Notes under the pieces: generated by a model
What the model was told of the DNA's origin: nothing
The model's input: only the letters and a program-made list of their open reading frames with translations
Database searches by the model: none
Shown here: in pieces, positions 1-9,201 of the stretch
Numbering within the stretch: position 1 is the first letter of the stretch
Layout: the number at the start of each line of letters is the position of its first letter
Made by a program: the position numbers and the translations under genes
Assembly: GCA_964291625.2 (NCBI GenBank)
Contig: OZ220089.1
Coordinates: 3,456,001 to 3,520,000 of the forward strand
Direction: 5' to 3'
DNA from: Candidatus Latescibacterota bacterium
GTDB taxonomy: Bacteria > Latescibacterota > UBA2968 > UBA8231
DNA length: 64,000 bases

Positions 1-296
1 GGGACGTCGCCGCTGCGCCCCTGCCGGCCCCGCACCGATGCGATGGGGTCGCCTGCGGCCACGATCGCGTCCTCCGCGGCGATCCAGGTCACGGTGCCCG
101 AGAGGGTGGAGCCGACCTCGACGATCTCGGCGAACTCGAGGCGGCCGTCGGCGGCGAGCCGGTCGATCAGCTCCCCGCGGACGGCCGGTACCACCGGGTA
201 CCTCGACACGGCGCCGCCGCCCTCGCCGCTCCGGCATCCCGGCACGGCCAGGGCCGCCGCGAGGGCCACGAGCATCACCCTCCTCATCGCTCCCAT
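1..296 (-). CDS. Efflux periplasmic adaptor (HlyD/MacA-like) lipoprotein, N-terminal part; runs off window
   Basis: Hand translation MGAMRRVMLVALAAALAVPGC...RGELIDRLAADGRLEFAEIVEVGSTLSGTVTWIAAEDAIVAAGDPIA: lipobox Cys plus MFP biotinyl-lipoyl-like motif. An alternative ATG lies at 308. Confidence 0.7.
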   Translation of the reverse strand, partial: MGAMRRVMLVALAAALAVPGCRSGEGGGAVSRYPVVPAVRGELIDRLAADGRLEFAEIVEVGSTLSGTVTWIAAEDAIVAAGDPIASVRGRQGRSGDV

Positions 297-310
297 GGCT
301 CCGGTCATCT

Positions 311-2236
311 TCAGGCGGCCTCCGAGAGCGCCGTCTCCACGGTCCGGGCGAGGCGCCGCTGCCCCGCGGGGTCGGCCGGGCATACCGCGGGCAGGCCGAA
401 CCGGTCCTCCAGCTCCTTCAGGGTCTGCCGCAGCTCCCCGGCTTCCAGCACCCTGGAGCTCACCCAGGTGCGGCCATGGGCCTTCTCCACCCGCCTCTGC
501 CTGTCGCTCAGCAGCAGACAGATGGTGCGCGCCTTGCCGACGATCCGGATGGCGTCGATGGTGTCTCTCACGTACTCCTCCGGGTCCATGCAGTTGACCG
601 CCAGCACGCAGACATCCGGCTTGGCGCCCAGCAGGAAGGCCAGACTCACGAAGTGATGGGTGCGGGGCTCGTCGATGGAGAAGGGAATGGTGCCCGACTG
701 GGACCCGACGATGAGCACGTCGGGCTTCTGCTCGTGGTGGATCTCCCTGAGCTTGGCGTCGAGGAAGGGCTCGAAACGCTGGAGGGGCAGCTCGAGGGGC
801 GAGGCGTACCCCATGGGGAAGGTGTAGTCGAAGCCGAAGAGCCCGGACTGGTGCTCGGTGCCGAGCTGGCCCACCCGGTAGCCCTGCTTCAGCAGATGCC
901 GGCGCAGGGCCAGCTGGGCGGTGAACTTGCCCTGCTGGGAGCTGGTCCCGAAGAATCCGATGACGGGGACGGCGATCTTGCCCAGGGTCGCCTTCTCCCG
1001 GATCGTCCGCTCCACCTCGGCGATGGAGACCGAGGGATAGGCCACCCGGAGCCCCCTGCGGCGGCTCTCGGCGTAGAGGTCGCCATACCTCAGCTCGGGC
1101 ACCGCGTTCAGGCTGTAGACGTTGCGGTTGCCGGCGAGGGCGGCTTCGATCGCTTCCCTCAGCAGGTCGCGCCTGGCGATCCGTCCGAGCTCGTCGAGAT
1201 ACCCCAGGATCACCGTGTCGCCGGCGGCCAGCTCGCCGGCGAGGGCGGGCCCGATCTCGACGCCCAGGGGATCCGCGCCGATCGCTTCTCCCGCGTCCTT
1301 GCCCACCAGGCGCCGGCCCGCCGGATCGGCCACGCCCACCACCTCCAGGCCCGTGAGGTCCCGAAAGCGGACGAGGCCGTGCAGCTCCTTGCTGAAGGGA
1401 TAGAGGACGACGCGGCGCATCCACGCCGAAGCCGGCTGCCGCTCCCCTCGGCGCCGCGGCCCCCGGCCCCCGGCGCCCCGGGTCTTCTTCCCGCGCTCCC
1501 GGGGACTCTCGCTGCGGGGCCGGGTGGCGTGGCTCTCGAGCAGCCTCCGCATCTCCTCGGGGCCAGCCGACGGATGCCGCTCCTTGAGCAGCGCCACGAT
1601 GCCGCTGATGTGGGGCGCGGCGTAGCTCGCGCCGCTCTTCAGCGCCTCCTCCCCGTTGAGCCAGGCGACCCGGCGCGGCCCTCCCTTGGCGACGCACTCG
1701 ATGGGCTGGCCGGCGCGGTAGTGGTACCCGTACCGGCCGCGGACATCCCCGTCCTCGACGCCGATGACCTCCTCGAAGACCGCCGGGAAGCTGCGCTCGC
1801 CGCCCCGGGGTTGAGCGGAGACGATGCAGATGCCGGCGCGCTCAAGGCTGCGGCAGACGTCGCGCAGGCGGCCGGCGACCGCGGTGTCGGTGACCCCCAG
1901 GCTGGCGTTGATGACGTGAGCGCCGTCCTCGCCGGCGTGCTCCAGGGCGGCCTCCAGGGCCGAGGCCCGGGCGGAGAGGAAGGCGTCGAAGATGCGGATG
2001 ATCGACAGCTCCACTCCGGGAGCCAGGCCGCAGAGGATGCCGGCACAGGCCGTTCCGTGGCCGGCCTCGTCGCTGTAGTCGGCGCTGCGCCGGAGGGTGC
2101 CGTCGTCTGCGGCTGCGATCGAGACGCCGGCGACGACGTTTTCCGCGAAGCCGACGCGGGAAGGGTCGAGGCCGCTGTCGATGATGGCGACGCGGACCCC
2201 GCGTCCCGTCAGGTCGGCAAAGGAGAGCCTGGCCAT
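311..2236 (-). CDS. S8 subtilisin-like peptidase fused to a DUF1611/P-loop (TIGR04066-like) domain
   Basis: Catalytic motifs IIDSG, GHGTACAG and SGASYAAPH; C-terminal FFGTSSQQGKFT, GTEH, VGSQSG. ATG at 2236 overlaps the upstream stop. Confidence 0.8.
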   Translation of the reverse strand: MARLSFADLTGRGVRVAIIDSGLDPSRVGFAENVVAGVSIAAADDGTLRRSADYSDEAGHGTACAGILCGLAPGVELSIIRIFDAFLSARASALEAALEHAGEDGAHVINASLGVTDTAVAGRLRDVCRSLERAGICIVSAQPRGGERSFPAVFEEVIGVEDGDVRGRYGYHYRAGQPIECVAKGGPRRVAWLNGEEALKSGASYAAPHISGIVALLKERHPSAGPEEMRRLLESHATRPRSESPRERGKKTRGAGGRGPRRRGERQPASAWMRRVVLYPFSKELHGLVRFRDLTGLEVVGVADPAGRRLVGKDAGEAIGADPLGVEIGPALAGELAAGDTVILGYLDELGRIARRDLLREAIEAALAGNRNVYSLNAVPELRYGDLYAESRRRGLRVAYPSVSIAEVERTIREKATLGKIAVPVIGFFGTSSQQGKFTAQLALRRHLLKQGYRVGQLGTEHQSGLFGFDYTFPMGYASPLELPLQRFEPFLDAKLREIHHEQKPDVLIVGSQSGTIPFSIDEPRTHHFVSLAFLLGAKPDVCVLAVNCMDPEEYVRDTIDAIRIVGKARTICLLLSDRQRRVEKAHGRTWVSSRVLEAGELRQTLKELEDRFGLPAVCPADPAGQRRLARTVETALSEAA

Positions 2237-3006
2237 CAGTGCGGCAGCAGCTCGCAGGCGGCGCAGTCGGCGTCGCCGGCGAGGGAGTCGGAGGCCGTGT
2301 CCACCAGGAAGGTGAAGCTCACTCTCAGCACCACGCTGGCGACGAGGAGCAGGGCCACGACGCCGGCGCTGCGCGGCCAGGTCAGCCGGCAGGCGCGGCC
2401 GAGGCCCAGGGCGAGGAGGCCGTAGAACCAGATCCTGAAGGGACTGGTGTAGGACAGGAGGACCGCGAGCACCGGGGCCCCGCGGAGGTCGAAGAGCAGA
2501 CCCAGATCGAACTGGGAGCCCATCTCCGAGAGGCTCACAGCCTCTTCCCCATGCAGTCTGCCGGCGAGGAGGAGGGTGTCCGCCGCCTGGGAGAGCAGCA
2601 GCACCAGACTGGCGTGGGCGACGACGGCCAGGATCGCCCGGAAGTCGCTCCACTCCTCGAAGAGCTGCACCAGCAGCCACAGGAAGAAGGCCGGCGCCAG
2701 GAGGCCGACCAGGGTGGCCGGGAAGGCAAGAAGAATGATCGCCGCGAACCTCAGGAAGGCGACGACACTCTCCTGGGACTCGGTGAGCAGACCGGCGGGC
2801 ACGAGCTCCAGCCGGTCTCCCGCCAGGTGGAGGGAGAGGCACGAGGCGAGGGCGCTCCCCAGGCTCAGCACCACGAACACGTCCACCCAGGGGCGGCCCT
2901 CCACGATCGAGGCGAAGGCGTGCCGCGGCGACGCCGCCAGGAGGCGCACTCGTTCCACGAGGGGCGCTCCTCCTTCCTTCGTGCCGCTCTCTGCCGATCT
3001 CTTCAT
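2236..3006 (-). CDS. Yip1-family membrane protein with C-terminal CxxC
   Basis: LLAASPRHAFASI start, about 5 TM segments, SPFRIW motif; ends DCAACELLPH. Confidence 0.7.
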   Translation of the reverse strand: MKRSAESGTKEGGAPLVERVRLLAASPRHAFASIVEGRPWVDVFVVLSLGSALASCLSLHLAGDRLELVPAGLLTESQESVVAFLRFAAIILLAFPATLVGLLAPAFFLWLLVQLFEEWSDFRAILAVVAHASLVLLLSQAADTLLLAGRLHGEEAVSLSEMGSQFDLGLLFDLRGAPVLAVLLSYTSPFRIWFYGLLALGLGRACRLTWPRSAGVVALLLVASVVLRVSFTFLVDTASDSLAGDADCAACELLPH

Positions 3007-3110
3007 GACATCACCTCACTGTTTGACAGGTCCATCCGGACGCAGGACTCCCCCGCTGGCCGTTTTCCGGACTCTCCGGGAACGGCCGTCCGCCCGCAGC
3101 CTCCGGGCGC

Positions 3111-3554
3111 TTACCTGGCGGGGCTCACCTTCTCCAGAAGCGCGACCAGCAAGGGCCCTGGAGGCCGTGTGGCCACGAAGAGGCTGGCGTCGCCCTCCTC
3201 CAGGGAATGAGGAAGTCCGTCGCCGCCCGCTGCCGGCTCGAACTCCACGGCGGCGAGGACTTCCTCCGCGCTTCGGCGGAACCGGGCCTCGACGGCCCGT
3301 ACTTCTCCCAGCAGGACGCGGCGGTCCCCCCGGGCGGCGAGGACGTAGCGGGCGTCGCCCAGGAGCCCGAGACTCCGCCTCGACACGGGGCCCTCGAGCC
3401 GCCAGACGCCGTCCCCCCTCGTCACCTTCCCCGAGACCCGGATCCCGCGGTCGACGTCGACGAGGACCAGCCCCACCAGCAGCAGCAGGGAGCACGCGGC
3501 CGCGCCGATCAGGACGGCCCCCCCGGTCCACTCGATGCGCGAGGGAATCCGCAT
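3111..3554 (-). CDS. Small membrane-anchored protein, possibly a minimal HlyD-like accessory
   Basis: N-terminal TM followed by VDVDRGIRVSGKV; directly downstream of an ABC exporter. Confidence 0.5.
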   Translation of the reverse strand: MRIPSRIEWTGGAVLIGAAACSLLLLVGLVLVDVDRGIRVSGKVTRGDGVWRLEGPVSRRSLGLLGDARYVLAARGDRRVLLGEVRAVEARFRRSAEEVLAAVEFEPAAGGDGLPHSLEEGDASLFVATRPPGPLLVALLEKVSPAR

Positions 3555-3562
3555 CGCCCGGG

Positions 3563-5272
3563 TCAGGCGGCCTCCGGCCGGGCGACGGCGGCCCAGTCCT
3601 GCAGAGGGCCTTCCCTCGTCACCCGCCCGCCGCTCATGACCACGACCCTGTCGGCGAAGTCCAGCGAGCCGAGGCGATGGCTCACGTAGACCGTCGTCCG
3701 TCCCTCCCCGGCCTGCCTCAAGGCGCGGATCACGGTCTGCTCGGTCTCGGGGTCCAGGGAGGCGGTGGTCTCGTCGAGGACCAGGATCCTCGGCCTGCGG
3801 ACCATGGCCCGGGCCAGGCAGAGGCGCTGCTTCTGGCCTCGCGACAGCTCGACGCCGTCAGCGCCGATGCGGGTGTCCAGCCCCTCGGGGAACCGCGACA
3901 GGAACTCGTCGCAGTCGGAGATCCCGGTGGCCCAGGCCAGGTCTTCTGCCGTGGCCCGGGGGTTGCCGTAGAGGATGTTCTGGCGGACCGTCGCCGAGAA
4001 CAGGTGCACCTCCTGCTCGACGTAGCCGATATGGGCGCGGACGCTCCGGGGGTCGTACTCGCCCGAGTCCCGGCCGTCGATGCGGATCGTTCCCCGCGAC
4101 GGGCTCTCCAGCTGGAGCAGGAGCCGCACGAGGGTGCTCTTGCCCATTCCGGTGCCGCCCACCACCGCCGTGATCCGCCCGGCCGGGAAGGTGGCCGAGA
4201 CATCGTGCAGGACCGTGGCCCCTCCCGGCAGCCCGAAGGAGACTCCTTCGAACCGCACCTGCCCCGGACCGATGTCGAAGGCCGGCCTGGCGGCGCCCTC
4301 CCTGTGGACGGGCGCCCCGCCGAAGTCGCGCACCCGCTGCAGGATCCCCAGGGCCATCTTGACGCTCATGTAGACGCTGGACAGCTGCATCGTCGGCGTG
4401 AGCACGAGGGCGAGGACGGAGTTGAGCGCCAGCAGCTGTCCGAGCGACAGCTGGCCCTTCATCACCTGGAGCCCCCCCACCCACAGCAGCACGAGAAAGC
4501 CGGCGGCGTGCACGAGGTTCTGGACGCCGGAGAGCCAGATCGCCCGGACATCGCGGGCCAGGCCCGCGTCGAGCTCGCGGCGCAGCCTGCCGGCGATGAG
4601 GCGGAGCTGCCGGCGCTCGGCGCCGAAGGCCTTGACGACGGTGATGTTCTCCAGGGATTCGATGCGCACCGCCTGGGTCTGCCCCCGGCGCTCCTGGGCG
4701 GCGGCGTTGAGGTCGTGGACCCTGCGGCCCAGGAGGACGCTGGCCGCGGCGAGGACCGGCACGAGGGCCAGCAGGATCGCCGCCAGCCCGGGGCTCAGGG
4801 CCACCATCACCACGGCCCCGGCCGCGAGCACGAAGGCCGAGTGCATGGCCTCGATCCAGGTCCCGGCCATCAGGGCCCCCAGCTGCCGCACGTCGTCGCT
4901 GGCGCGGGTGGCCAGATAGCCGGTGCCGGCCTTGCGGAAATACGCCGCCGACTGCGCCAGCAGCCTCCGGGTGAGGGTGATCTCCATGTCGAAGAACACG
5001 CGCCGGGCGAAGACGGTGAGCAGGTATCTCTGCAGCAGGCTCAGGAAGGTGGCCAGGATGGAAACGGCGAGCACCCCGGCGCACACGGTGTGGAGCGTGC
5101 TCCGCGAGCCCGACGCGAAGACCTCGTCCACGAGGTAGATCGTCACCAGCGGCAGGGGCACGGTGAGGGCCGCCGCCAGGAGCATGGCGGCGAAGGCCTC
5201 GGCGGCGCGCAGCCGGTAGGGCCGGAGGAAGGTCCAGAGAAAGGGGAGGAAGGAGGGACCCGCCGGCGTCAT
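3563..5272 (-). CDS. ABC exporter, fused permease + ATPase (no C39 domain)
   Basis: 6-TM domain, GGTGMGKST Walker A, LSRGQKQR signature, VLDETTASLD, SHR. Confidence 0.9.
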   Translation of the reverse strand: MTPAGPSFLPFLWTFLRPYRLRAAEAFAAMLLAAALTVPLPLVTIYLVDEVFASGSRSTLHTVCAGVLAVSILATFLSLLQRYLLTVFARRVFFDMEITLTRRLLAQSAAYFRKAGTGYLATRASDDVRQLGALMAGTWIEAMHSAFVLAAGAVVMVALSPGLAAILLALVPVLAAASVLLGRRVHDLNAAAQERRGQTQAVRIESLENITVVKAFGAERRQLRLIAGRLRRELDAGLARDVRAIWLSGVQNLVHAAGFLVLLWVGGLQVMKGQLSLGQLLALNSVLALVLTPTMQLSSVYMSVKMALGILQRVRDFGGAPVHREGAARPAFDIGPGQVRFEGVSFGLPGGATVLHDVSATFPAGRITAVVGGTGMGKSTLVRLLLQLESPSRGTIRIDGRDSGEYDPRSVRAHIGYVEQEVHLFSATVRQNILYGNPRATAEDLAWATGISDCDEFLSRFPEGLDTRIGADGVELSRGQKQRLCLARAMVRRPRILVLDETTASLDPETEQTVIRALRQAGEGRTTVYVSHRLGSLDFADRVVVMSGGRVTREGPLQDWAAVARPEAA

Positions 5273-5298
5273 CCGCCGTGAGAGCCAGCCTGGCAGCC

Positions 5299-6066
5299 TC
5301 AGAGCCACGAGAGCCCCCGCCGCTCCCCTTCCGGGGCGATGAGATCCATGTACAGCTCCTCGAGAGTCACGGCCTCCTGGCCCTCGGCCCCCCGGGCGCG
5401 CAGCTCCTCGGGCGGGCCCCGCAGGATCAGCTCTCCCTTGTTGATGAAGGCCAGCTCGGAGCAGAGCCGGTCGACGCGGTCGAGGACGTGGGAGCTGAGG
5501 ACCACGGTGGCGCCGCCGGAGGACAGCCGGCGGAGCAGCTCCTCCACCTGGAGGGCGGCCTCCGGGTCGAGGGTGGCGAAGGGCTCGTCGAGGAGGACCA
5601 GGCGCGGCTGGTGCAGCAGTATGCAGGCCAGGGCCAGCTTCTTCCTCATGCCCGCCGAGTAGGTGGAGACGGTCTCGCCGGCGGCCCCCTCGAGGTCCAT
5701 GAACTCCAGCGCCTCGCGGGACCGCTCCGCGACCTCGGCGGGGTCGAGGCCGTAGGCCAGGCCGGTGAAGCTCAGGTGCTCCGATCCGGAGAGGCTCTCG
5801 TAGAGCCCCGGGTCGTCGCGCATGACGCCGGTCAGGGCCCGGATGTCGTTGCCGGCCTCGGCGTAGGTGCGTCCGAAGAGGCGCACCGAGCCCTCGCTCG
5901 GCTCCAGGAGTCCGGCCGCCATGTTCAGCAGCGTCGTCTTGCCGGCGCCGTTCGGCCCCACGAGGCCGAGGATCGCCCCCGGCTCCACCCGCAGCGAGAG
6001 GGAACGGACGGCCACGGTGGACCGGTACCGCTTGGTCAGGTCTTGCAGCTCCACGGTCGGTTCCAT
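5299..6066 (-). CDS. ABC transporter ATP-binding protein (ABC-2/CcmA-like)
   Basis: GPNGAGKTT, YSAGMRKK, LLDEP, SSH. Confidence 0.92.
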   Translation of the reverse strand: MEPTVELQDLTKRYRSTVAVRSLSLRVEPGAILGLVGPNGAGKTTLLNMAAGLLEPSEGSVRLFGRTYAEAGNDIRALTGVMRDDPGLYESLSGSEHLSFTGLAYGLDPAEVAERSREALEFMDLEGAAGETVSTYSAGMRKKLALACILLHQPRLVLLDEPFATLDPEAALQVEELLRRLSSGGATVVLSSHVLDRVDRLCSELAFINKGELILRGPPEELRARGAEGQEAVTLEELYMDLIAPEGERRGLSWL

Positions 6067-6081
6067 GTCGGTCTCAGTCTC

Positions 6082-7755
6082 CTATTTGCAGAACACTTCG
6101 GCCACTGTGAGGCGGCGCTGCCGGAGCAGCCGGGTCTGGTGGCGCAGGGCGAGGACGTACCCCGCCGGCAGTCCCGCCGCGGCCAGGACCCCGAAGGCCG
6201 CCGCCGCGTAGCGCAGTGGCCCGGAATCGATCCAGAAGAACAGGACAGCCAATGCGCAGAGGAGCGTCGACAGGAGGGCATGGAGGAGACGGCTCCTGCC
6301 CGGGGCGTGCAGCCTCGGGTCCTTTCTCGATCCGGGCTGCCTGGCGGGGTTGAGGATCGAGAGGTAGTTGCCGCTGATCGTGAAGGCCAGGGGAGCCAGG
6401 ACCACGGCCACCAGGGCCTGGAGCCCGGGTCCGACGAGATCGTGGAACCAGAACACGAAGAGGAGGGCAGGGGCGCAGAAGGCGGTCACCGCGAGCTGGA
6501 TGACCGCGAAGGCGATGTTCTTGCTGGCCAGGATCTGCCGCTCGCCGATGGGCAGGAGCAGGTACTCGCAGGCGCCCCTGCCATCTTTGGAAAACACGTT
6601 GGTCGTGAACCCGCCCTGGAAGCAGGCGAGCCAGACGACCGCCGCGCCATGCATCGGCCAGGGGTAGGGAAGGCTGGCGCGTCCTTCGCCGGCAGCGAGG
6701 GCGAGGGCGGGAAGGATGGCTGTGATCCAGGAGAACATCGCCGGCATCGACGCCTGCATCCAAAGCTGCTTCCAACGGAGCGCGGCCAGCACCTCGCGGG
6801 CCACCAGGTTCGGCCAGGGCGGCGGCAGGACCCGCCCGAGCCATGCGGCGAGACCCGGGATCCGGTCCCGCGGGCCGGCCGGGGCCACGCGGGACCCGCC
6901 CGCGAGGAAGACCCGCCGGCGGGTCAGGCGCCAGCCGAAGAGAAGGCCGGCCGCGGCGAAGGCGCCGAGCAGGGCCAGGGGCCCCGGCAGCTCCGCGAGG
7001 CGTCCCTCCCCTGCCAGCTGGTACGCCCTTGCCAGCGAGCTGGTGGGGGTCATCTCGAACCAGGAACCCGAGACCCCGCGGATCCGCTCGAGCCCGTCGC
7101 CGCCGACGTGGGACCAGGCGAGGAGGAGGGTGAGGGCCAGGAACGACCCGCCGGCGAGGATGCGAGCCAGCATCCGCAGTGCGCCTCTCCAGGACGCCAG
7201 CTCGATGGCGCAGCGCGTCCCCTGGATCCAGGCGACCATGCCGAGACCGGTCACACCCGTGGCCAGGCACGAGAACAGGGTGGCCGGGGCACCGGCCGGG
7301 GGGAAGAGCGTGAGCCCGATCGTCAGGAAGCTCAGGGAGAAGAACAGGGGCAGGGGCTTGAGCGCGGCCATCACCAGGCCTGCCGCATAGGCCTGCCCCG
7401 GGGTCCATCGAAGCTGGGGGAGCTTCCCCAACCAGGAGATCGATACGATCTCGGCGCCGAGGCCGAGGGCGATGCAGAACCACAGGAAGGCGTAGATCGC
7501 GAGATACACGGAGGCCAGGGCCACGGCCGGCCCGGGGTCCAGGTCGAGAGACCCCATGGAGGTGTGGAGCGAGAACCAGAGACTCAGCAGGAAGAGCCCG
7601 CCGGCCGCCGCCTGGAGGACGACGGCCGGCCAGAAGTCTCCCGGCTTCGACCGGGCCTCGTGGCGCAGGATGCGGGACTCGACCCGGAGCGCGTAGGAGA
7701 GCGCTCTTGGAACCCAGGGCACGGAGGACAGGAGTGTTGTGATCATGAGGGGCAT
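6082..7755 (-). CDS. Polytopic ABC permease (about 12-14 TM)
   Basis: Highly hydrophobic; NVFSKDGRG...YLLLPIGERQILASKN motif; precedes the ABC ATPase. Confidence 0.75.
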   Translation of the reverse strand: MPLMITTLLSSVPWVPRALSYALRVESRILRHEARSKPGDFWPAVVLQAAAGGLFLLSLWFSLHTSMGSLDLDPGPAVALASVYLAIYAFLWFCIALGLGAEIVSISWLGKLPQLRWTPGQAYAAGLVMAALKPLPLFFSLSFLTIGLTLFPPAGAPATLFSCLATGVTGLGMVAWIQGTRCAIELASWRGALRMLARILAGGSFLALTLLLAWSHVGGDGLERIRGVSGSWFEMTPTSSLARAYQLAGEGRLAELPGPLALLGAFAAAGLLFGWRLTRRRVFLAGGSRVAPAGPRDRIPGLAAWLGRVLPPPWPNLVAREVLAALRWKQLWMQASMPAMFSWITAILPALALAAGEGRASLPYPWPMHGAAVVWLACFQGGFTTNVFSKDGRGACEYLLLPIGERQILASKNIAFAVIQLAVTAFCAPALLFVFWFHDLVGPGLQALVAVVLAPLAFTISGNYLSILNPARQPGSRKDPRLHAPGRSRLLHALLSTLLCALAVLFFWIDSGPLRYAAAAFGVLAAAGLPAGYVLALRHQTRLLRQRRLTVAEVFCK

Positions 7756-7824
7756 CTACGGGGCGCTGAGGGGTCTGCGACTGGACCGGCTCAGTCTATA
7801 GGGGTGACGCCGATAGAAGGGTGG

Positions 7825-7840
7825 GCTTGGTAGGTGCCAA
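7825..7840 (-). promoter_or_regulatory. Possible sigma54 -24/-12 promoter for the ABC/S8 operon
   Basis: Minus strand TTGGCACCTACCAAGC: GG-N10-GC spacing is correct but the -12 TT is replaced by AA. Confidence 0.35.
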
Positions 7841-7875
7841 CCACTCTGCTTGCCCCGATCTGTTGCCTGCTGGCG

Positions 7876-8199
7876 TCAGATCCTCTCCCTAATCCTGACG
7901 GCCAGCCTCTTCAGGAACAGCTCCTTAGCGTCCCTTTCCCTGTATCTCGTGGGGCGAGGAGCTCTGACGGTTCGCAGACGTCGGAGAAACTCATCCGGGT
8001 CAAAGCCGTCAGCCACCTCGCTTAGGTAGGTAGCTAGTATCGAGATTGCCTGCTCGGCTCCCCGTGCAAGGCCCACCGCTTTCACGTCCTCCATCTTGAG
8101 GAGTACCGCCTCCAACTCGTCAAGCTGATTCGCCAGTTCGGCTACCCGCTGCTGCAATCCGTTGACCCGGTCCTCCGCCATCGCCGCAATCCTTCCCAA
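7876..8199 (-). CDS. Hypothetical helical/coiled-coil protein
   Basis: 107 aa ORF with normal composition in a lower-GC patch. Confidence 0.5.
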   Translation of the reverse strand: MGRIAAMAEDRVNGLQQRVAELANQLDELEAVLLKMEDVKAVGLARGAEQAISILATYLSEVADGFDPDEFLRRLRTVRAPRPTRYRERDAKELFLKRLAVRIRERI

Positions 8200-8490
8200 A
8201 AAGAGTTTACAGCCCTGGAACGGTTCCCTGTGCGCCTACTTGCACCCATCCATGCAAAGGAGGGACCACTTCTCGCACGTGGCCTCCGCCCGGATCAGGA
8301 ACGAGGTTGCACCCGAGCGCCAGTGTCGGCTGGCTTCGCCTGGCTAGGTGCCGGGCGTCGAGCCGGTACCGGCCGGTACCGAGCCGACACCTTGCTCCAA
8401 CCAATTGTCGGGCACGCGGATCCCCCACTGTGCCGGGTGGGTAGGATTCCGCTTTGTGCACATCCACCGCAAGCAGGGGTCCTTCTCCTT

Positions 8491-8698
8491 GCCCAGCGCG
8501 CCCCCCCCCGTCGCCGCCGTTTCCAGGTGGGCTGGGCCTCGGCGTCGTTGAGCCCTGGGATCAGGGGGTGCGCGTTGACCCCCGACGGCACTCCGGCTGG
8601 GACAGCTCCTCAAGGGCCAGCAAGTGGCGATCGGACCGCAACTTGCGCGGCTCCATGGCTCCGTGAGCCGGCGGTCGACTGGTGATCGCCAGGGTCAC
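8491..8698 (-). pseudogene. Degraded internal fragment of the PA0069-type radical SAM gene
   Basis: DNA aligns by eye to about 35943-36154; residual peptides VTLAITS, AMEPR, GVNAHPLIPGLNDAEA with frameshifts. Confidence 0.8.
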
Positions 8699-8759
8699 AG
8701 TGCTTCCAGGAGATGGGTGGCCGACATTACCATACGGCATGGGCAAGCCGCGACATTCT

Positions 8760-8937
8760 GTCCCTGTACCGGCAAACGGCGGCGGGGGGCACCGTTTCCC
8801 GACGGCGCGAGCAACAGCCGCCTCGCGAAACGGCCCTGACCTTCGGCTTGAGGTTCTTTGAGTTACGTCCTGGACGGCCCAAGGCCAACGGCCACATTGA
8901 GCCCGGGATCAACGCCGCGCAGCGGGAGATCGCCTAA
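8760..8937 (+). mobile_element. Possible DDE transposase (rve core) remnant
   Basis: FGLRFFELRPGRPKANGHIE resembles the P-x-x-P-x-x-N-G-x-x-E motif; it sits at the edge of the lower-GC island. Confidence 0.3.
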
Positions 8938-9201
8938 GTCCAGCAGCTGTTCTGGAAGGACTTCCGGGGGCGGGCGCCCACGCCCACGCCCTCGCTTTCG
9001 GCCCTTGCGGTTAGTGCAGAGTACTCGGGGTCGGCATCGGTTGGCTAATTGCGCCTTAGGCACATGTCGGCCCCTGATTGCCCGACTGCCGACTCCCGTC
9101 CTCATCGGCCCGAGATAGGGCCTTCACTGTCCCTCGGGTCTTCCCCTTGGAGCCTTTAGCATCCGGGTCCCACACTCCGTAAAGGCCATACCCTTGTGAC
9201 C

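Noticed and set aside
38-7833. Long plus-strand ORFs (795, 901, 851 aa) and similar Arg/Pro/Gly-rich ORFs across the window
   Set aside because: Antisense or off-frame shadows of real genes in high-GC DNA; no motifs.
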